Positions 26,019-38,951 of a stretch of DNA of 64,000 bases are shown here, piece after piece; positions within the stretch are counted from its first letter, which is position 1; each line of letters begins with the position of its first letter. The stretch is from Chrysomallon squamiferum (Eukaryota; Animalia; Mollusca). The notes beneath the pieces were generated by a model that did no database searches, was not told the DNA's origin, and saw only the letters and a list, made by a program, of their open reading frames with translations. Position numbers and translations under genes: made by a program. Location of the stretch: NCBI GenBank assembly GCA_012295275.1, contig CM022672.1, forward strand, positions 1,798,001 through 1,862,000, given 5' to 3'.

Positions 26019-28328
26019 TTGACATATTAAACAGTCTGTATGATAGGTTAGTTGAAGAAAAAGATTACAAATTAGTGGGAAGGATGAAAATTATCAACCA
26101 CGAGAGATGAAAACTTGGGAAATTGGAGAAACTAGAAAATAAAAAAATGTAAATATCAATTAATGACTGAGTGTATAATTTTCACAGGTAAGTGAAAAAA
26201 TACTCAAACAAATAATGATGATTCAGATGACATACTCTGTATTTTTTTTGTTTTTGTTTTTTTAGTATCTAGATATATATGCATTCATGGGAAAACAAAA
26301 ATAAAATAATAATACTACTAATAATAATAATAATAATAAAAATTAATAATAAATTACGAAAGAATATAAAAACATGTCCAGCCTAGTCATCTTTCCAAAC
26401 TGAAAACGCCTGTCATAAAAATAAATAAATAAAGAAATCCAATAACTCGTTCAAATTGCCCAGCACTGAGAGACTGAATCCAGACCTTCTGACTGCAAAG
26501 ATTTTTTATTGTCAATAAATCAAGTGTTTTGTGTCGATCCCTCTCCCAGAGGATTTACATTTCATGAATAATATTCTTCAAAAGCAGAAGCAGTAATCTT
26601 TGTAAGTCAGCTTCTCCAGAATTGGCTAATGAATAATAATCTGAACAAGATGAGTCTAAAATTTTGTCTGTAATGTGAATTTTTTTGCAGGATTGTTTTC
26701 TTGAAGGTTCTTTTTGTTTCCATTTCTTCAGCTATTTTTAAAAAGTATTTATATCATTTCTTATTTTTCTTTTTTCTCTATTAATCAAAAAAAAAAAAAC
26801 CAAAAATTTGAATTAAGGAAGAACAGGGTATCATGTTATCAGTATTAACTCATTTTTATTATTACTGTTTTTTAATTATTTTTCTTCTTGTTGTTCTTTC
26901 TGTTCTTCTTGTTGTTCTTCTTCCTCTTCTTCTTATTATTTACTATTTATTTTGATTTTGATTGTTTTTTTGTTTTTTAATGGTGTATTAAGTGCATTAT
27001 AACCTTGATATTTTTTCCTATTTAAGAAAATTAATTATTTTTAAAATTAGTCTACATCAGGAAACTGAGTATCATTATCTCTGACTCAAAGTACATTTGT
27101 GATGTTTTTTAAAACCTTTTATCTATAAATATATTAAGAAAGAAAAAAGCCATTACAAAAGCAGACTGAAGTTTATGATGAAAACACATTAATAACACAT
27201 ATTAACCTAAATATTTGATATGAAAAAACAGAAAAAAACAGAGTTGATACATTTTTAATCCAAGTCTTTTTTATTGTTTCTCAATCAATGCTTGCATGTT
27301 TTATGTATGTATGTATATGTGTCTGTCTGTCTGTCTGTCTGTATGTATGTATGTATGCATGCATGTATGTTTGTATGTATTTATGTGTTTGAGTATGTAT
27401 GTCTGTCTGTTTGTCTGTCTGAATGTATGTACGTATGTGTGCACATATGCATGTATGTTTGTCTATTTGTATGTATTACTGAATCTATTTCAATCATCTG
27501 GTTCTATATTTTCATCTTCCACTTGAAGGCTCAGGCTTACTCTGCTGTATGATTGAGTACATTCTCATTACTTCACTCTGTAGCTGTAATTGTCACCACA
27601 ACCTTAGACAGGCTCTCCAGAGACAGGTAATGTCGGATTGTATCAAAGTTATTGCATTTTGCTTCCGGCATTCCTTAATGAAATTACATGAGTTAGATGT
27701 CTAATATGCAACAGATTTCCTCCTGTCCACCTAGTTCCAGTAAAAAATGAGTGTGTGTCTGTCTGTGTGTGTGTGTGTGTGTCTGTGTGAGAGACAGACA
27801 GGATATTACAGAAAAGACATTCATTTCTCACTCTGCCCACATTTACCCATTCAGCCGTACACAGATAAAGAACACATCAATTCTCACACACAGAGAGATG
27901 TCCTGCTGAATGTGTTAAAGAGTTTTTGTATTCCTGCAGAAGACATGGTGATGAGAAAACTCAAGCAACTCATCCAGTCTCTCTCAGACTAAGAAGACAA
28001 CCTAAGACTGTCCTCATTAGTGGACACTGTATCACAGCCACTGACAAGGACAACAATGGTGACCAGTGAATGTAACGTATAGAAATTACATTAATTGGTC
28101 TGGCTCGGGGTTTTTATTTCTTGTCATGTTTTTTGTTTGTTTGTTGAGTGTAGTTTGAAGTGAGAGATTTGTCTGTTATAATCAGTCAATAATGTCAATC
28201 ACATAATGATTATAGTTAATCAAATGGAACATATAAAAACTGTTTTAAAATCTGTCACGGTGTTATGTGTGATATTTGTAACAGAGTTTTTTTGGTTGTG
28301 GAGTTGAAGAAAAACTCTTGTTTATATA

Positions 28329-28541
28329 CAGGGTGTCCCAGAAGTCACACACCATATACATGTATATATTTTATTTTTTTTATATTACAGAGTAAAAAAC
28401 AGTTTTATAAAGAGAATTGAAGTATGTATCAATGCAGAGGACAAGCAATTTGAGCATTTGTTATGATTATTATTAATAAAAATGTTATTCATATGTATCT
28501 AAATAAAAATCTTCAGGGTGCATGACTTCTGGGACACCCTG
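28329..28541 (+). mobile_element. Non-autonomous Tc1/mariner-superfamily element (MITE / internal-deletion derivative), 213 bp, 25-bp terminal inverted repeats
   Basis: Left TIR cagggtgtcccagaagtcacacacc (28329-28353). Right TIR ggtgcatgacttctgggacaccctg (28517-28541), whose reverse complement is cagggtgtcccagaagtcatgcacc: 23/25 identical, outer 19 bp perfect. TA lies immediately left (28327-28328) and CA on the right (28542-28543), consistent with a mutated TA target duplication. CAGGGTG ends with TA duplication are typical of Tc1/mariner. A transposase C-terminal remnant lies inside. Confidence 0.92.
28389..28466 (+). pseudogene. C-terminal remnant of a Tc1/mariner-type (Tc3/maT/rosa-like) transposase
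   Basis: Hand translation gives RVKNSFIKRIEVCINAEDKQFEHLL*. This matches the R-x-x-x-C-I-x-x-x-G-x-h-F-E-H-L-L-stop C-terminus I recall for these transposases. It lies just inside the right TIR and is followed by AATAAA at 28475-28480. Too short for the ORF track. Confidence 0.8.
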
Positions 28542-29180
28542 CATATGTATATATAATTATGTATGTGAATTTCAGTATTGAACATCCATGCACTGGTCTG
28601 TCTCCTGTTACTACATTCAAACCTCTTCAAATAATTTGTGTATATGTGTGCATGCATGTGTGTTTGTGTGTGTATTTATGGATGTATGTATACATGTTAT
28701 AATGTGAGTATGTTTGTAAATGTGTATGTGTGTGTGTACGCCTGTAATTATGCATGTGAATATATTTGCATATGTTTCTATGTCTATGTATGCATGTATT
28801 TTTTATCTGTGAGAATATATATATAGTATCCTATTTCCTATAGGTGTAAAAAAAATACTATCATAAAGTTATCTGAATTAAAAATAGAAAATTAAAAAAA
28901 AAAAACATCAGAAAGGAGAGTACATGTAAACTCTGAACTAATGAAAGCAGATGAAGTAAAAATGTTCTGATAAACCTGTTGCCCTCTTCACTTATAATTT
29001 ATAGTCTATTACACAAGCCAAATTAGCCAAATGAATACACACACACTGACAGTAATGGCTGCAAAATCATCTTAGGCCAGAGTCTATTCCTGATGAAAAC
29101 TGTGGGGAGCATCATGATCAATTTGCCAGTTGATGTTTTCAGTCTCACTTCAAGTCTAGGTCACAAGGCTCCTTGGAAAG

Positions 29181-29313
29181 TTCAGTTCTTATGTCTGATT
29201 CAGTTCTTATGTCTGATTCGGTTCTTATGTCTGATTTGGTTCTTATGTCTGATTCAGTTCTTATGTCAGATTCAGTTCTTATGTCAGATTCAGTTCTTAT
29301 GTCAGATTCAGTT
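29181..29313. repeat. Minisatellite, 7.4 copies of an 18-bp unit
   Basis: ttcagttcttatgtcWga from 29181 at 18-bp period. It explains the repeated IQFLCL/IQFLCQ in ORF 29093..29500. Confidence 0.97.
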
Positions 29314-30358
29314 GTATCCACACATAAAGACTGTTTTTTGTTTTAATTCAGATAACTATACAGAATTCTTATTTTATTTTATTTATTTTTATTTATTTGT
29401 CATTTTTATCTTATTTATTTACCTTTATTTATCTTCTTTCTTTTTCCCTTTGGTGGATGGTTTCTGTAAAGAATTTCACTCTGACTTTGTCTTTGTATAA
29501 TATTTAATCTCCAACTGTACAGAATCATACATTTGAGAGAAAATGCTATACATACCATAGAAAAGTTAATACTGTGTCTTTTTTTTTGTTTCTTTTTTTA
29601 AACTTTCTTTATTCCATAATTCAAGTTGGATTTTCCAAGTTCATATGCTCTAAGTACCATTAACATTAGCAGCAACAGACATATTGCATTAAGTATACTG
29701 AGCAAAATAATTTCAGAGAACAGTGTTAAAATGTTAACACAGACTAGGTTAAGAGTAATATGATAACTCCTAAATATATTTATTCTATAGAAGTAATCTT
29801 CACTAATAATAAATTATGTCAATAAAATAATAAGGTTATTCTTTGCAATCAGGGAACTGAATTAAATAGTTTCTTTCTATTTTAAGAAATAAAACTAGTT
29901 ATCAATGATCAGACCTGAAATAAATTTTTTCTTTATATTCTCACAAACACCTGTTTTAATACTAACACTATTATTATACTTTATTATTAGCAAATAATGT
30001 GTTCACATTACATTATCATTTAGAATTATTTTAAAAAATGATACTTTTTAGACTTTGAATATACCAATAACCAGTCCATTTTAACAGAAAATATTTTGAT
30101 AAAATTATCACTTAAACATACTCATAAATATACAAAATATATCAGTACAAGATACCTGTATCTAACTGCCAAAATCAAAACAAATTTCTGAACTGGTTTT
30201 ACCACACTGACCAAAATACTGCTTAACATTACTTAAATCAAAATATTCAACAGTCTGACAGACATCTTGATTTTTACAGTGTTTAACATCATAAACACGG
30301 TTTTCATTACAGGATGAAAGTGATGTTTTATTTGATGGTGGTCTGTGTGTTTTTAAAG

Positions 30359-30410
30359 ACACATATATAGTAACTAATGACAACACATATATAGTAACTA
30401 ATGACAACAC
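30359..30410. repeat. Exact 24-bp tandem duplication
   Basis: acacatatatagtaactaatgaca at 30359 and 30383. Confidence 0.93.
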
Positions 30411-30503
30411 TTAATGAGAAATAAAACCACACAATGTTTAACCTATTTAAAACTGAGGTGAGTGTATCTACAAGCAACAGTTTGAGCTGTGATGGAAGCA
30501 CAT

Positions 30504-30567
30504 GATACCCAGCCAGGATACCCAGGCAGGATACCCAGCCAGGATACTCAGGCAGGATACCCAGGCA
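30504..30567. repeat. GC-rich minisatellite, 5 x 13 bp
   Basis: gatacccagScag at 30504, 30517, 30530, 30543 and 30556. The variable base runs C,G,C,G,G. Confidence 0.95.
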
Positions 30568-31190
30568 ATGTGACATGGTACAAACCAGAAAGTTTTGTAA
30601 TTATTCAGTGTGTCCTGAGCTTTGGTGGTCAGCTGTCTGTGTCTAGGGAAAGTGAAAATCAGGTGCACTGCAGTTTTACTGAAGGTTAATGCTAACCACA
30701 CAAACGTAATGTAGTTGATAAGTTGACAGGCATCTTGGTTTTATTACAGATATAAAATCATCTTAACAGAATTAATTTTTCTGATCTTATCAATACTTTG
30801 ATTTGCTTCACTGAGGATAAAAATAGTATTTAATATTAACAAAATCCAATATGTCAGTCTAGCTAATTTTTAATGTGTGTATGTTTATGTATATATGTCT
30901 ATGTGTGTGTGTATGTATTTATGTGTGTGTTACACTCAGACACATATTCATACATATATATTTTTTAATTTTATTATACATTTTTTCTAAAACATTTTTA
31001 CCGATTCAGTAGTTATTTTTACGATACTTAAGAAAAAAACCTAATGTTTAATACAAACAAAATGAAATTTATCAGACTGCTATATAAATATATGTTATTT
31101 ATCATTTAAAATATTTAACAATCTGATAGATCATTCAGCTTTGAACAAAGCAGTGTTTAATATGAAACAAAGTCATAATACATCAAACTA

Positions 31191-31191
<1 letters not shown>

Positions 31192-31233
<42 letters not shown>

Positions 31234-31309
31234 GTATGTTTGTGTACAGGTAATGTTTGTATGCTTTTGTTTGTATTTGTATATGTATGTGTGTCTGTGA
31301 ACATATGTT

Positions 31310-31349
<40 letters not shown>

Positions 31350-31465
31350 GTATGTTTGTGTGTGTGTTGTATGTTTGTGTACAGGTAATGTTTGTATGCT
31401 TTTGTTTGTATACTTGCAAGTTCTGTCTTTAAACATATGTTTGGTTTTTGTGTGTGTGTGTGTGT
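31192..31465. repeat. (GT)n tracts with an internal duplicated segment of about 50 bp
   Basis: gttgtatgtttgtgtacaggtaatgtttgtatgcttttgtttgtat at 31231 and 31366. Confidence 0.9.
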
Positions 31466-31789
31466 CATTTATTATGTTTGTGGGATGGGTGTGGGTGTTA
31501 ACACACTTCACTGAAACACTGAACTTGACCACACACACAGTTTAACACATCCTCGATAACCTGTCAACAAGTAATTCATGTAAAATAAATTTGATTTGTT
31601 CACTGTTTGTCTAATGAAGTTCAACATCTTTAAAATGTTTTGTAATTGACCTGAAAAATAGAAGTTCTGTCTTTTAAACATTGGACTGTCAGAAGAAGGA
31701 ATTAAAATAAAGAATTCATGATAGTCAACAAGTAATCTCAGAAAAATATGCTTTGGTAATAATCTTTTATAGATGCATTGACAGAAGAA

Positions 31790-32280
31790 AAATAAATATT
31801 CATGAGTAGTAATACATATTCATACATTGTAATACATATTCATGACGTAACACACATTCATATTTTGTAATAAACTTTGTTTATCTGAATGTTGTACATT
31901 GTATGCATGTTCATAAACTGTAATAATTATTTGTAAGTTGTAATAGTGTTCTTATACTGAAATATAAATATTTGCATATAATAGATGTTTATAAGTTGTA
32001 CTGTGTATTCATAAATATAAATGTGTTTTATATTAAATATTTATATGTAAAACATATCTATAAGTTGTATTACATAACTGATAATTTATGATAAGTATGC
32101 ATAAGTTGTAATATAAACCTATTTTATGTTAAATATTTATGATACATATTTGTAACTTGTGATAAGTATTCACAGTTTGAAATATAAATGTGTTTGATAT
32201 TAAAAATCAGTTTATAATATATAAGTCGTACATGCATAAATACTATTCATAAGTTGTGATAATTATTATCAATAAACTGA
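31790..32280. repeat. Decayed short-period AT-rich array (tattcataagttgtaat-like)
   Basis: ataagttgt and tattcat motifs recur more than ten times in about 490 bp. Confidence 0.6.
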
Positions 32281-33953
32281 AAAACAAATGTGTTTTGTTG
32301 GTAGAGAGATGACTGAGATAGATAATAAAAATATTGTTTTTTTTTTATTATATATTTAAATAAGACATTAAATCTAAATATTTTTTCTCTCCTTTTTATT
32401 TTTAAGATACAAATGATAGCCTAATTTATATATATTTTATTCAGATCCTTACCAGATTTATTTTTTTAAATTTATTTTTTACATTTGTTAAAACATTTAT
32501 ACATATTAAATATCAATAAATTTAAAATATATGTATATGTATGTGTGCATGTATGCATCATGTATGTATGTATGTATGTATAAATGTCTGTCTGTGTGTG
32601 TGTATATCCAAGTAAAGAGATGAACCAATGTGATGTGTGAGTGGAATTTTACATGCAGTTATGTTGGACTGATGGAAATATTTGCTTGTTTTAGAGATCT
32701 GAGAATGTGACAGAAATCAATACCATGACAACCCGATGACACACACAGTTGACATGGAAATAGCTGGAATTAAAAAAAAATGAAATAATAGAAAATGGAA
32801 CTTGTTGTAAGCTGTTACATGTCTGGTTGAGATAGTGAATGCATGTGTGTGTGTGAGAAACAATGTGCACATGTAACAGAATGTTTGTGCGCATATTCGA
32901 GAGAATGCATGTGTATGTATGTTTCAAAGAATGTGTGTATCTGTTTAGACTGAAGGCATGAGTGTGTTTCAGAGAATGTGTGTGTATGTACAACTGAGAA
33001 AATGTATGTGTGTTTAAGAGAATGAATGTGTTTGTATATTTGTAAAATGCAGGTGCATGTGTATGTCTGAGATAATATATGTCTGCCCCTGTCTTGTTGA
33101 TGCATGACTGTTTGTCTAAAGCTCATTATACAACATAAAATACAAAATAAATTTCAAAAGTATAAGGTATCTCCCATATCATTAATTATTTACATTTGTC
33201 TATCTGTTTGCATGTCTGTGTATATATACACACATAAAACATCTGCTGTTTATCTCCTGTTTTCTTTTCCAAACTACATTTCCAATTTCACAAATTATCT
33301 ACCAGTTCCATCTAGTGGTCATGTAAAAAGATTCACTTTCTAACTCAGTTACCAAGAACACAGCAGAATACTAACAAAGATAGCAGAAGAATTTGTATGT
33401 TTTTTTTTTTCCATCACCGCAAACCAGGCTCTAGCAGGCCCTCAGTGAGTGTGGTCCGTGTTAATTGTGATGTTCTTGTGATCCTGACTCTTCAAGCTCA
33501 GGATGATAACAAGGAAAAGACACCAATTTCTTTTTCATTAACAAAAGGTCAAAACAAGCAGATCCTTCCGAAAAAATGTTTGCTTCTTCTGAAACGCAGT
33601 CTTCTTCGATTACTGGCCAGAGACTTGTCATGTTCAATATTGTGTGATAGATTTTTTCTGTTTCCTTCCTTGGGTTGTTCACCAGTGATTAACAAGATCA
33701 AGCATCAGTTTGTTTGCTTTTGAGAATGTCCATTAAAGATGAAAGAATATTTTGTTTCCTTCTCGTTATTATTTTTGTCTGTGCAGGTTTCAACGTGGTC
33801 TCCAAAGTAAACAATACTGGTGTTTTTTTGGGGGGGGTTTCAGAGATTGGTGACTATATTTAAGTGAAATTCTTTTACTTGTACATACCTAGCTTAGATA
33901 TTGTTTATCAAAATTATTTTGACTATCTATAGTAAACAGACTATTAGTAGTAT

Positions 33954-33985
<32 letters not shown>

Positions 33986-34479
33986 CTAGCAATATCATTA
34001 TTATTAATAATATTGTTAACCTGTATTATTATTATTGTTATTTAATAAAATATAATAATAATTATTGTTATTTTAAAAGAAATTTTTAAAAAGTATTTAA
34101 GAAAATGAACCATTGTCAGCATAAAACAAATTTAGTTTTTTTCAACTTTCATACAGATATTTCCAACAAGTTTTGACCTAACCAAAATAAATGATTCCAT
34201 TTTGCTTGTACTGAGAATAACAGTCATTTCTGTGATCCAAAGTAAACAGGATACAAATATTTTCTTTTTCGTTTATTATGTTCCCATATCAGATCTGCAG
34301 AGTTTACACTTCTCTTGACTGAAATGAACTTTACACAATTCTACTGATGACATTTTATTTCACTCTGGTCATATTTTAAATTATTTTTGTTTTATTTCTC
34401 CCTGATGTTATTAATCTATGAAATAAATCAATTTTAAAAAAATTCAAAAACATTTCTATTACATTTTCAAATGTCATAA

Positions 34480-35175
34480 CTAAACAGATCACTACTACTT
34501 TTCTGTCAGTACACAATTCTAATACAATAAAATTTTATTTTAGGACACATATTAATCATAATAAAATATTCTTTTTATTCTTTTTATATAAATTTATGAT
34601 CTAATGATACAAAAGTATAAAATAAAATTTTATTTTAGCATCCAACAATAATCATAATAAAATTATGTTTCCATTCTTTTTCATGTTAATTATTTTATAC
34701 TTGATTTAAACCATCCTGGATAAATAGTAATCCTTTCTATTTTAGAAAATAATACAATCAAAATAACTTACTTTCTATGTTCATTATTTTTATTCATGGT
34801 TTTAAACAGATCTTAATAAAATGTTCCTTCAGAAACCATACAATAAAAATAAAATATCTTTCATTTATTTATTTCTTTTAAAATATTCTACGTGGTTTTG
34901 ATTATCCACAAAACAATGTAGAAACAGAATAAAATACATATATTTTTTTAATTTGAATTCATTATTTTTTACATGGTTTTATGCAGTCCTTAGCAAAACC
35001 ATCAATATGCACAAATATTTTTTTTTATTTTTTCATTTTTACATTTTTTAAAATTATTTTCTACCTGGTTTTAATTATCTATAATAACCAGATCAGTTCT
35101 ACTGTAGAATACAACAACTGGTTTTTTCTTTCTTTTTTATGATAATTAATTTCTACTTCATTTAAACTGTCTACA
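34480..35175. repeat. Strongly decayed AT-rich array, about 90-bp period
   Basis: aataaaattttatttt...taatcataataaaat at 34526 and 34621. attatttt..acatggtttta-like cores near 34783, 34885, 34961 and 35053. Confidence 0.55.
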
Positions 35176-38100
35176 GTAAATGGCTCCAGTGATGTTTTTT
35201 TCTAAACCTCCAGAGACAAAAATGTCTGGTCACTTTGACCAAATTAACACAAAGAATGATTTGAAGCAAGTTGTTTTTCAACACTTTTTTTTTTATTTTG
35301 TTTTATTTTGTCTTAAAGAAAAGAGTTCTTCCAACAATAAAAACTGCTAAGTATATTTAGAAAAGAAATAAGTTGATTAAAAACTATTTTTTAAAAGTAA
35401 ATATTTAGCTACAAATTTTTGTGGTTATTTTGTTAAAAAGAATTCTTATTCATATGTGCATGTGTTGTGCATGTGTTTTGTATGTGTATGTATGTATGTA
35501 TGTATGTATGTATGTGTGTATGTATGTATGTATGTATGTATGTATGTATGTGTGTGTGTAGCTGTGTGCGTGTGTGTGTGTGTATGAACGAATAAATGAT
35601 ATATGCTCATATGCAAGTATCTATGGTTATGTGTGTGTGTGTATATATATATATATATGCATTTGTGTATGTATGCATATTGATGTATTGATGTGTGTGT
35701 GATGTGTTTGTGCATGTGTGCATGTATATGTATCCGTATACATATATAATTAAAGGATAAATTAAGAAAGAAAAACCGATTCTCACTCTATTACATACAA
35801 AGTGAAAAAGACCTGCTATTACCAAAGCAATCAGTATTATTCAATGCTGAGTTATGTCTCTGCAGATTATGCAATAACATGTTGTGTCACTAAGCACTGG
35901 ACTAATGTTTGCCTGCCACTGATAAAAAAAATGGGTTTTCTCTGTCAATAATTTATTGTTAGAAAAACAATGCATGTTATCTTGTACATGTTTTCTGAAT
36001 CATCGTATACTCTTTCAGAAATTAATGCATTAAAGAGTTTGTACAGAGCAAAAATAAATTTTATGGCAGGGTAATATTTAATTACTTTAGATATCCAAAT
36101 ACAGAATGCTAGATCAATGCATAGATAGACCTTAGAATACTAAGATTTTTGAAAACAAACAGAGGATTTGGTTAAGATTTGGAATGTAGGAAAAAAAGGG
36201 TTTGTCTGAGATAAGGCAGGGCTTTGCACAAAGCAGGATTCAGATGTAAGGTGGAGGTGAAAATATTTTCTGTTCCAGCCTGTTGTAAATGTCTAAATTA
36301 ATGAGAAGTTTAGAAAAATCTTTTGTAGTTTTGATTATTACTATTACTACAACTAGAAATAATTATAATGATGTTGGCAGTGGTGGTGATGATGATGATG
36401 GTGATGGTGATGATGACAGTAATGCATATTTTTCTATGTTTCTTTAATTTACACTGCATAGAATTCCACGTAATAATTTTTTTAATTAATTCCATTTTCT
36501 TAATTTTATTTAATTTTAATTTTAATTTTGTCTTTTCTTTTTTTTTTCCCAAACATTTTAAAATTTTTATTTCATTTGATCTCCTCAAAATTTTATATAT
36601 TTTATTTTTTTCTATCATGTTCAATTGCAAAACAAACAAAAACTTGACCTCCAATTATATTTTTTTCTCTTTTACTACTGTCTCTTTTTGAGAATATATT
36701 TTATTTTCACAATTCAACACAACAACCGTGCAATAAAACAGAAGATAACTTCAAGCTAATTATGAAGCATGAGATTTCTTCAAACTGTTGCCAAGACACC
36801 AAGCTGGCCTGAATAGCAGTGGTTGATATGATAAAATGGTAATGCTTTGAAAACATGATATTGGGAAAGTGTCTTTGGCCATACTAGCACCATTTATCAT
36901 GACAGTGATGTAAGGATACACATTTTGTGACAGTTCTTGTGTAAATTTATATTCTGCAGACCTGAATCCAGCCTCAAGTTATTCTGAATTCTGAAGAGAG
37001 TCTCAAACCATTTACAGATATCAGCTTTGTTAAAGGAAGACATGTACATGTAACTGTATACTTTAAAACTGCATTTTAATGATGTTTTCTATTATGTCAA
37101 GATTTTATGATGATGATGATGATGATGTTGATGACAATGAGCATAATAAAATTAAGAAGAAGCGATGTTGGTTTAATGTAATAAATTACAAGAATAACTT
37201 TGACATATTAATAAATTATACCTATACCAAATTGAAAAAATGAAATTTTTCAATAGCATCTATTTCCTTAAATAACATAAAAATAGACTGCTTTGTAACA
37301 ATGATGATAATTGTGATAATAATGATGGTAATAACAGAAGTTGGGTTCATTTTAATGTACAGGTTGAGGATCTTCAATTCAAAATTCTGAGCAGCAGGAA
37401 CAGTGATATGTTACAGTTTTAGTATTTTCTTGCTTACACCAACTTTATTTTACACATCAAACTATTAAAACTATCATCTAAAAAAAAAAATCATGCAGAC
37501 TATCTGCATACATTTTTAAATTATACACTTACTCATCCGTTTTAAAAAGTTCATTTCTTAGACACTGTTCAAATAATTTCTACCTTTTAGAGTTTCCAAT
37601 TTTTCTTTGTGCTTTAGTTAGAAGAAGAAAAGAAAAAAGAAAGAAAATACAATTTAAAAAAAAAGCCAAGAAAACACACTCACACTCCCATACCAAACTG
37701 AAATTTTCACTTTCATTCACTGCATTCTCCAACTCAAAAAAAAAAAAAAAGAAAAGAAAAGAAAATCCCACCACTAACACAGATAATTACAACTTGAGAG
37801 ATTCCGGCCTACAATAAACAACAAATTGTTGATTTCCCCAGTTCTAAATCAGGTAATGGCTTGGCAGGTACAATAACGATGTGCAGGATTATTTTCTCAT
37901 AATTGCTGTTTAGTTATTTTGTTGTTGATCACCTCATTCTGGTAGTCTTCACCGACGTAGTGACGATGTAGTGACGTAGTCCACACTGCAGGTGGCTGCT
38001 GTACCAAATCAGATCCTCATGTTTATCAGTGATACATAAAGCTTTCTTTTCAGATGATTTCAGCTGCAAGTGTTATTTGTGATGTTTTATAAAACAGAGA

Positions 38101-38430
38101 GAGAAACAACCATACAGAAAGAGAGAGAGAAAGAGAGACAGAGAGAGACAATCAGGCAGCAGAGAGAGACAGAGAGAAAGAGATGTATATGTATAGCTAT
38201 GTATATATAAAATCATAAATATGATTTTTATCCATGAATTTATATTTGCATTTCTATGGTCTTTTTTCTTTTATTATTATATTATTATTATTATTGTTTA
38301 TTAATTAATTTATTTATTTCATTTTTTATTCTGTCTTCACTGCAGAAACTCAATTCTCGAATAATTTATTTTGTCACATTTAAACTCACAGATAAGATTT
38401 GAAATGAAAATATTTTAAACACACTTTCTT

Positions 38431-38469
<39 letters not shown>

Positions 38470-38882
38470 TATATATTTATTTATTTATTATTATTATTTT
38501 TTGTTCTTATTCTGTAAAAAAAAGAAAAACTTTTTACATACACATAGAAGTTGACTGCACCAAAATTTATAGTTTATGAAAAATTATTATGAAATTTATT
38601 TTTTAATCACTTCTGCTACATGGCTGGCATTAATTATAAGAAAACAAAAATAAATGAAAAAAAAAAAAAATTTTTGATAAATAAACGTATGACTTTACAG
38701 AACAATATGGATAGTTCAGCAAAAATAGTCTTGAAAATAGTTTATCAAAATATGCACTTATAAATATTCGCATATTTTCTTGGTTACACAAAACAGTTGG
38801 GTTCTTTCATACACTTCTTATTGTAAAATCTATAATTTATGCAAGAACATTTTCAAATATATAAACATTTATAAAAGTGAAC

Positions 38883-38951
38883 ATTATAAGGTGTTTCAGC
38901 TTTGAATAAGCATGGATTATAAAGTGTTTCAGCTTTGAATAAGCATGGATT
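38883..38951. repeat. 33-bp tandem duplication
   Basis: attataaRgtgtttcagctttgaataagcatgg at 38883 and 38916, one mismatch. Confidence 0.93.

Noticed and set aside
27939-28068. Acceptor ttgtattcctgcag followed by a frame containing cadherin-like ITATDKDNNG
   Set aside because: Only a short motif match, the rest is not cadherin-like, the frame stops two codons later and there is no strong donor.
29093-29500. 135-aa ORF with IQFLCL repeats
   Set aside because: Kept open by an 18-bp minisatellite and a T-rich tract; no protein-like features.
33397-33723. Overlapping 108-aa (plus) and 73-aa (minus) ORFs in a complex island
   Set aside because: No recognisable domain and no convincing flanking splice pair; cannot be supported without a homology search.
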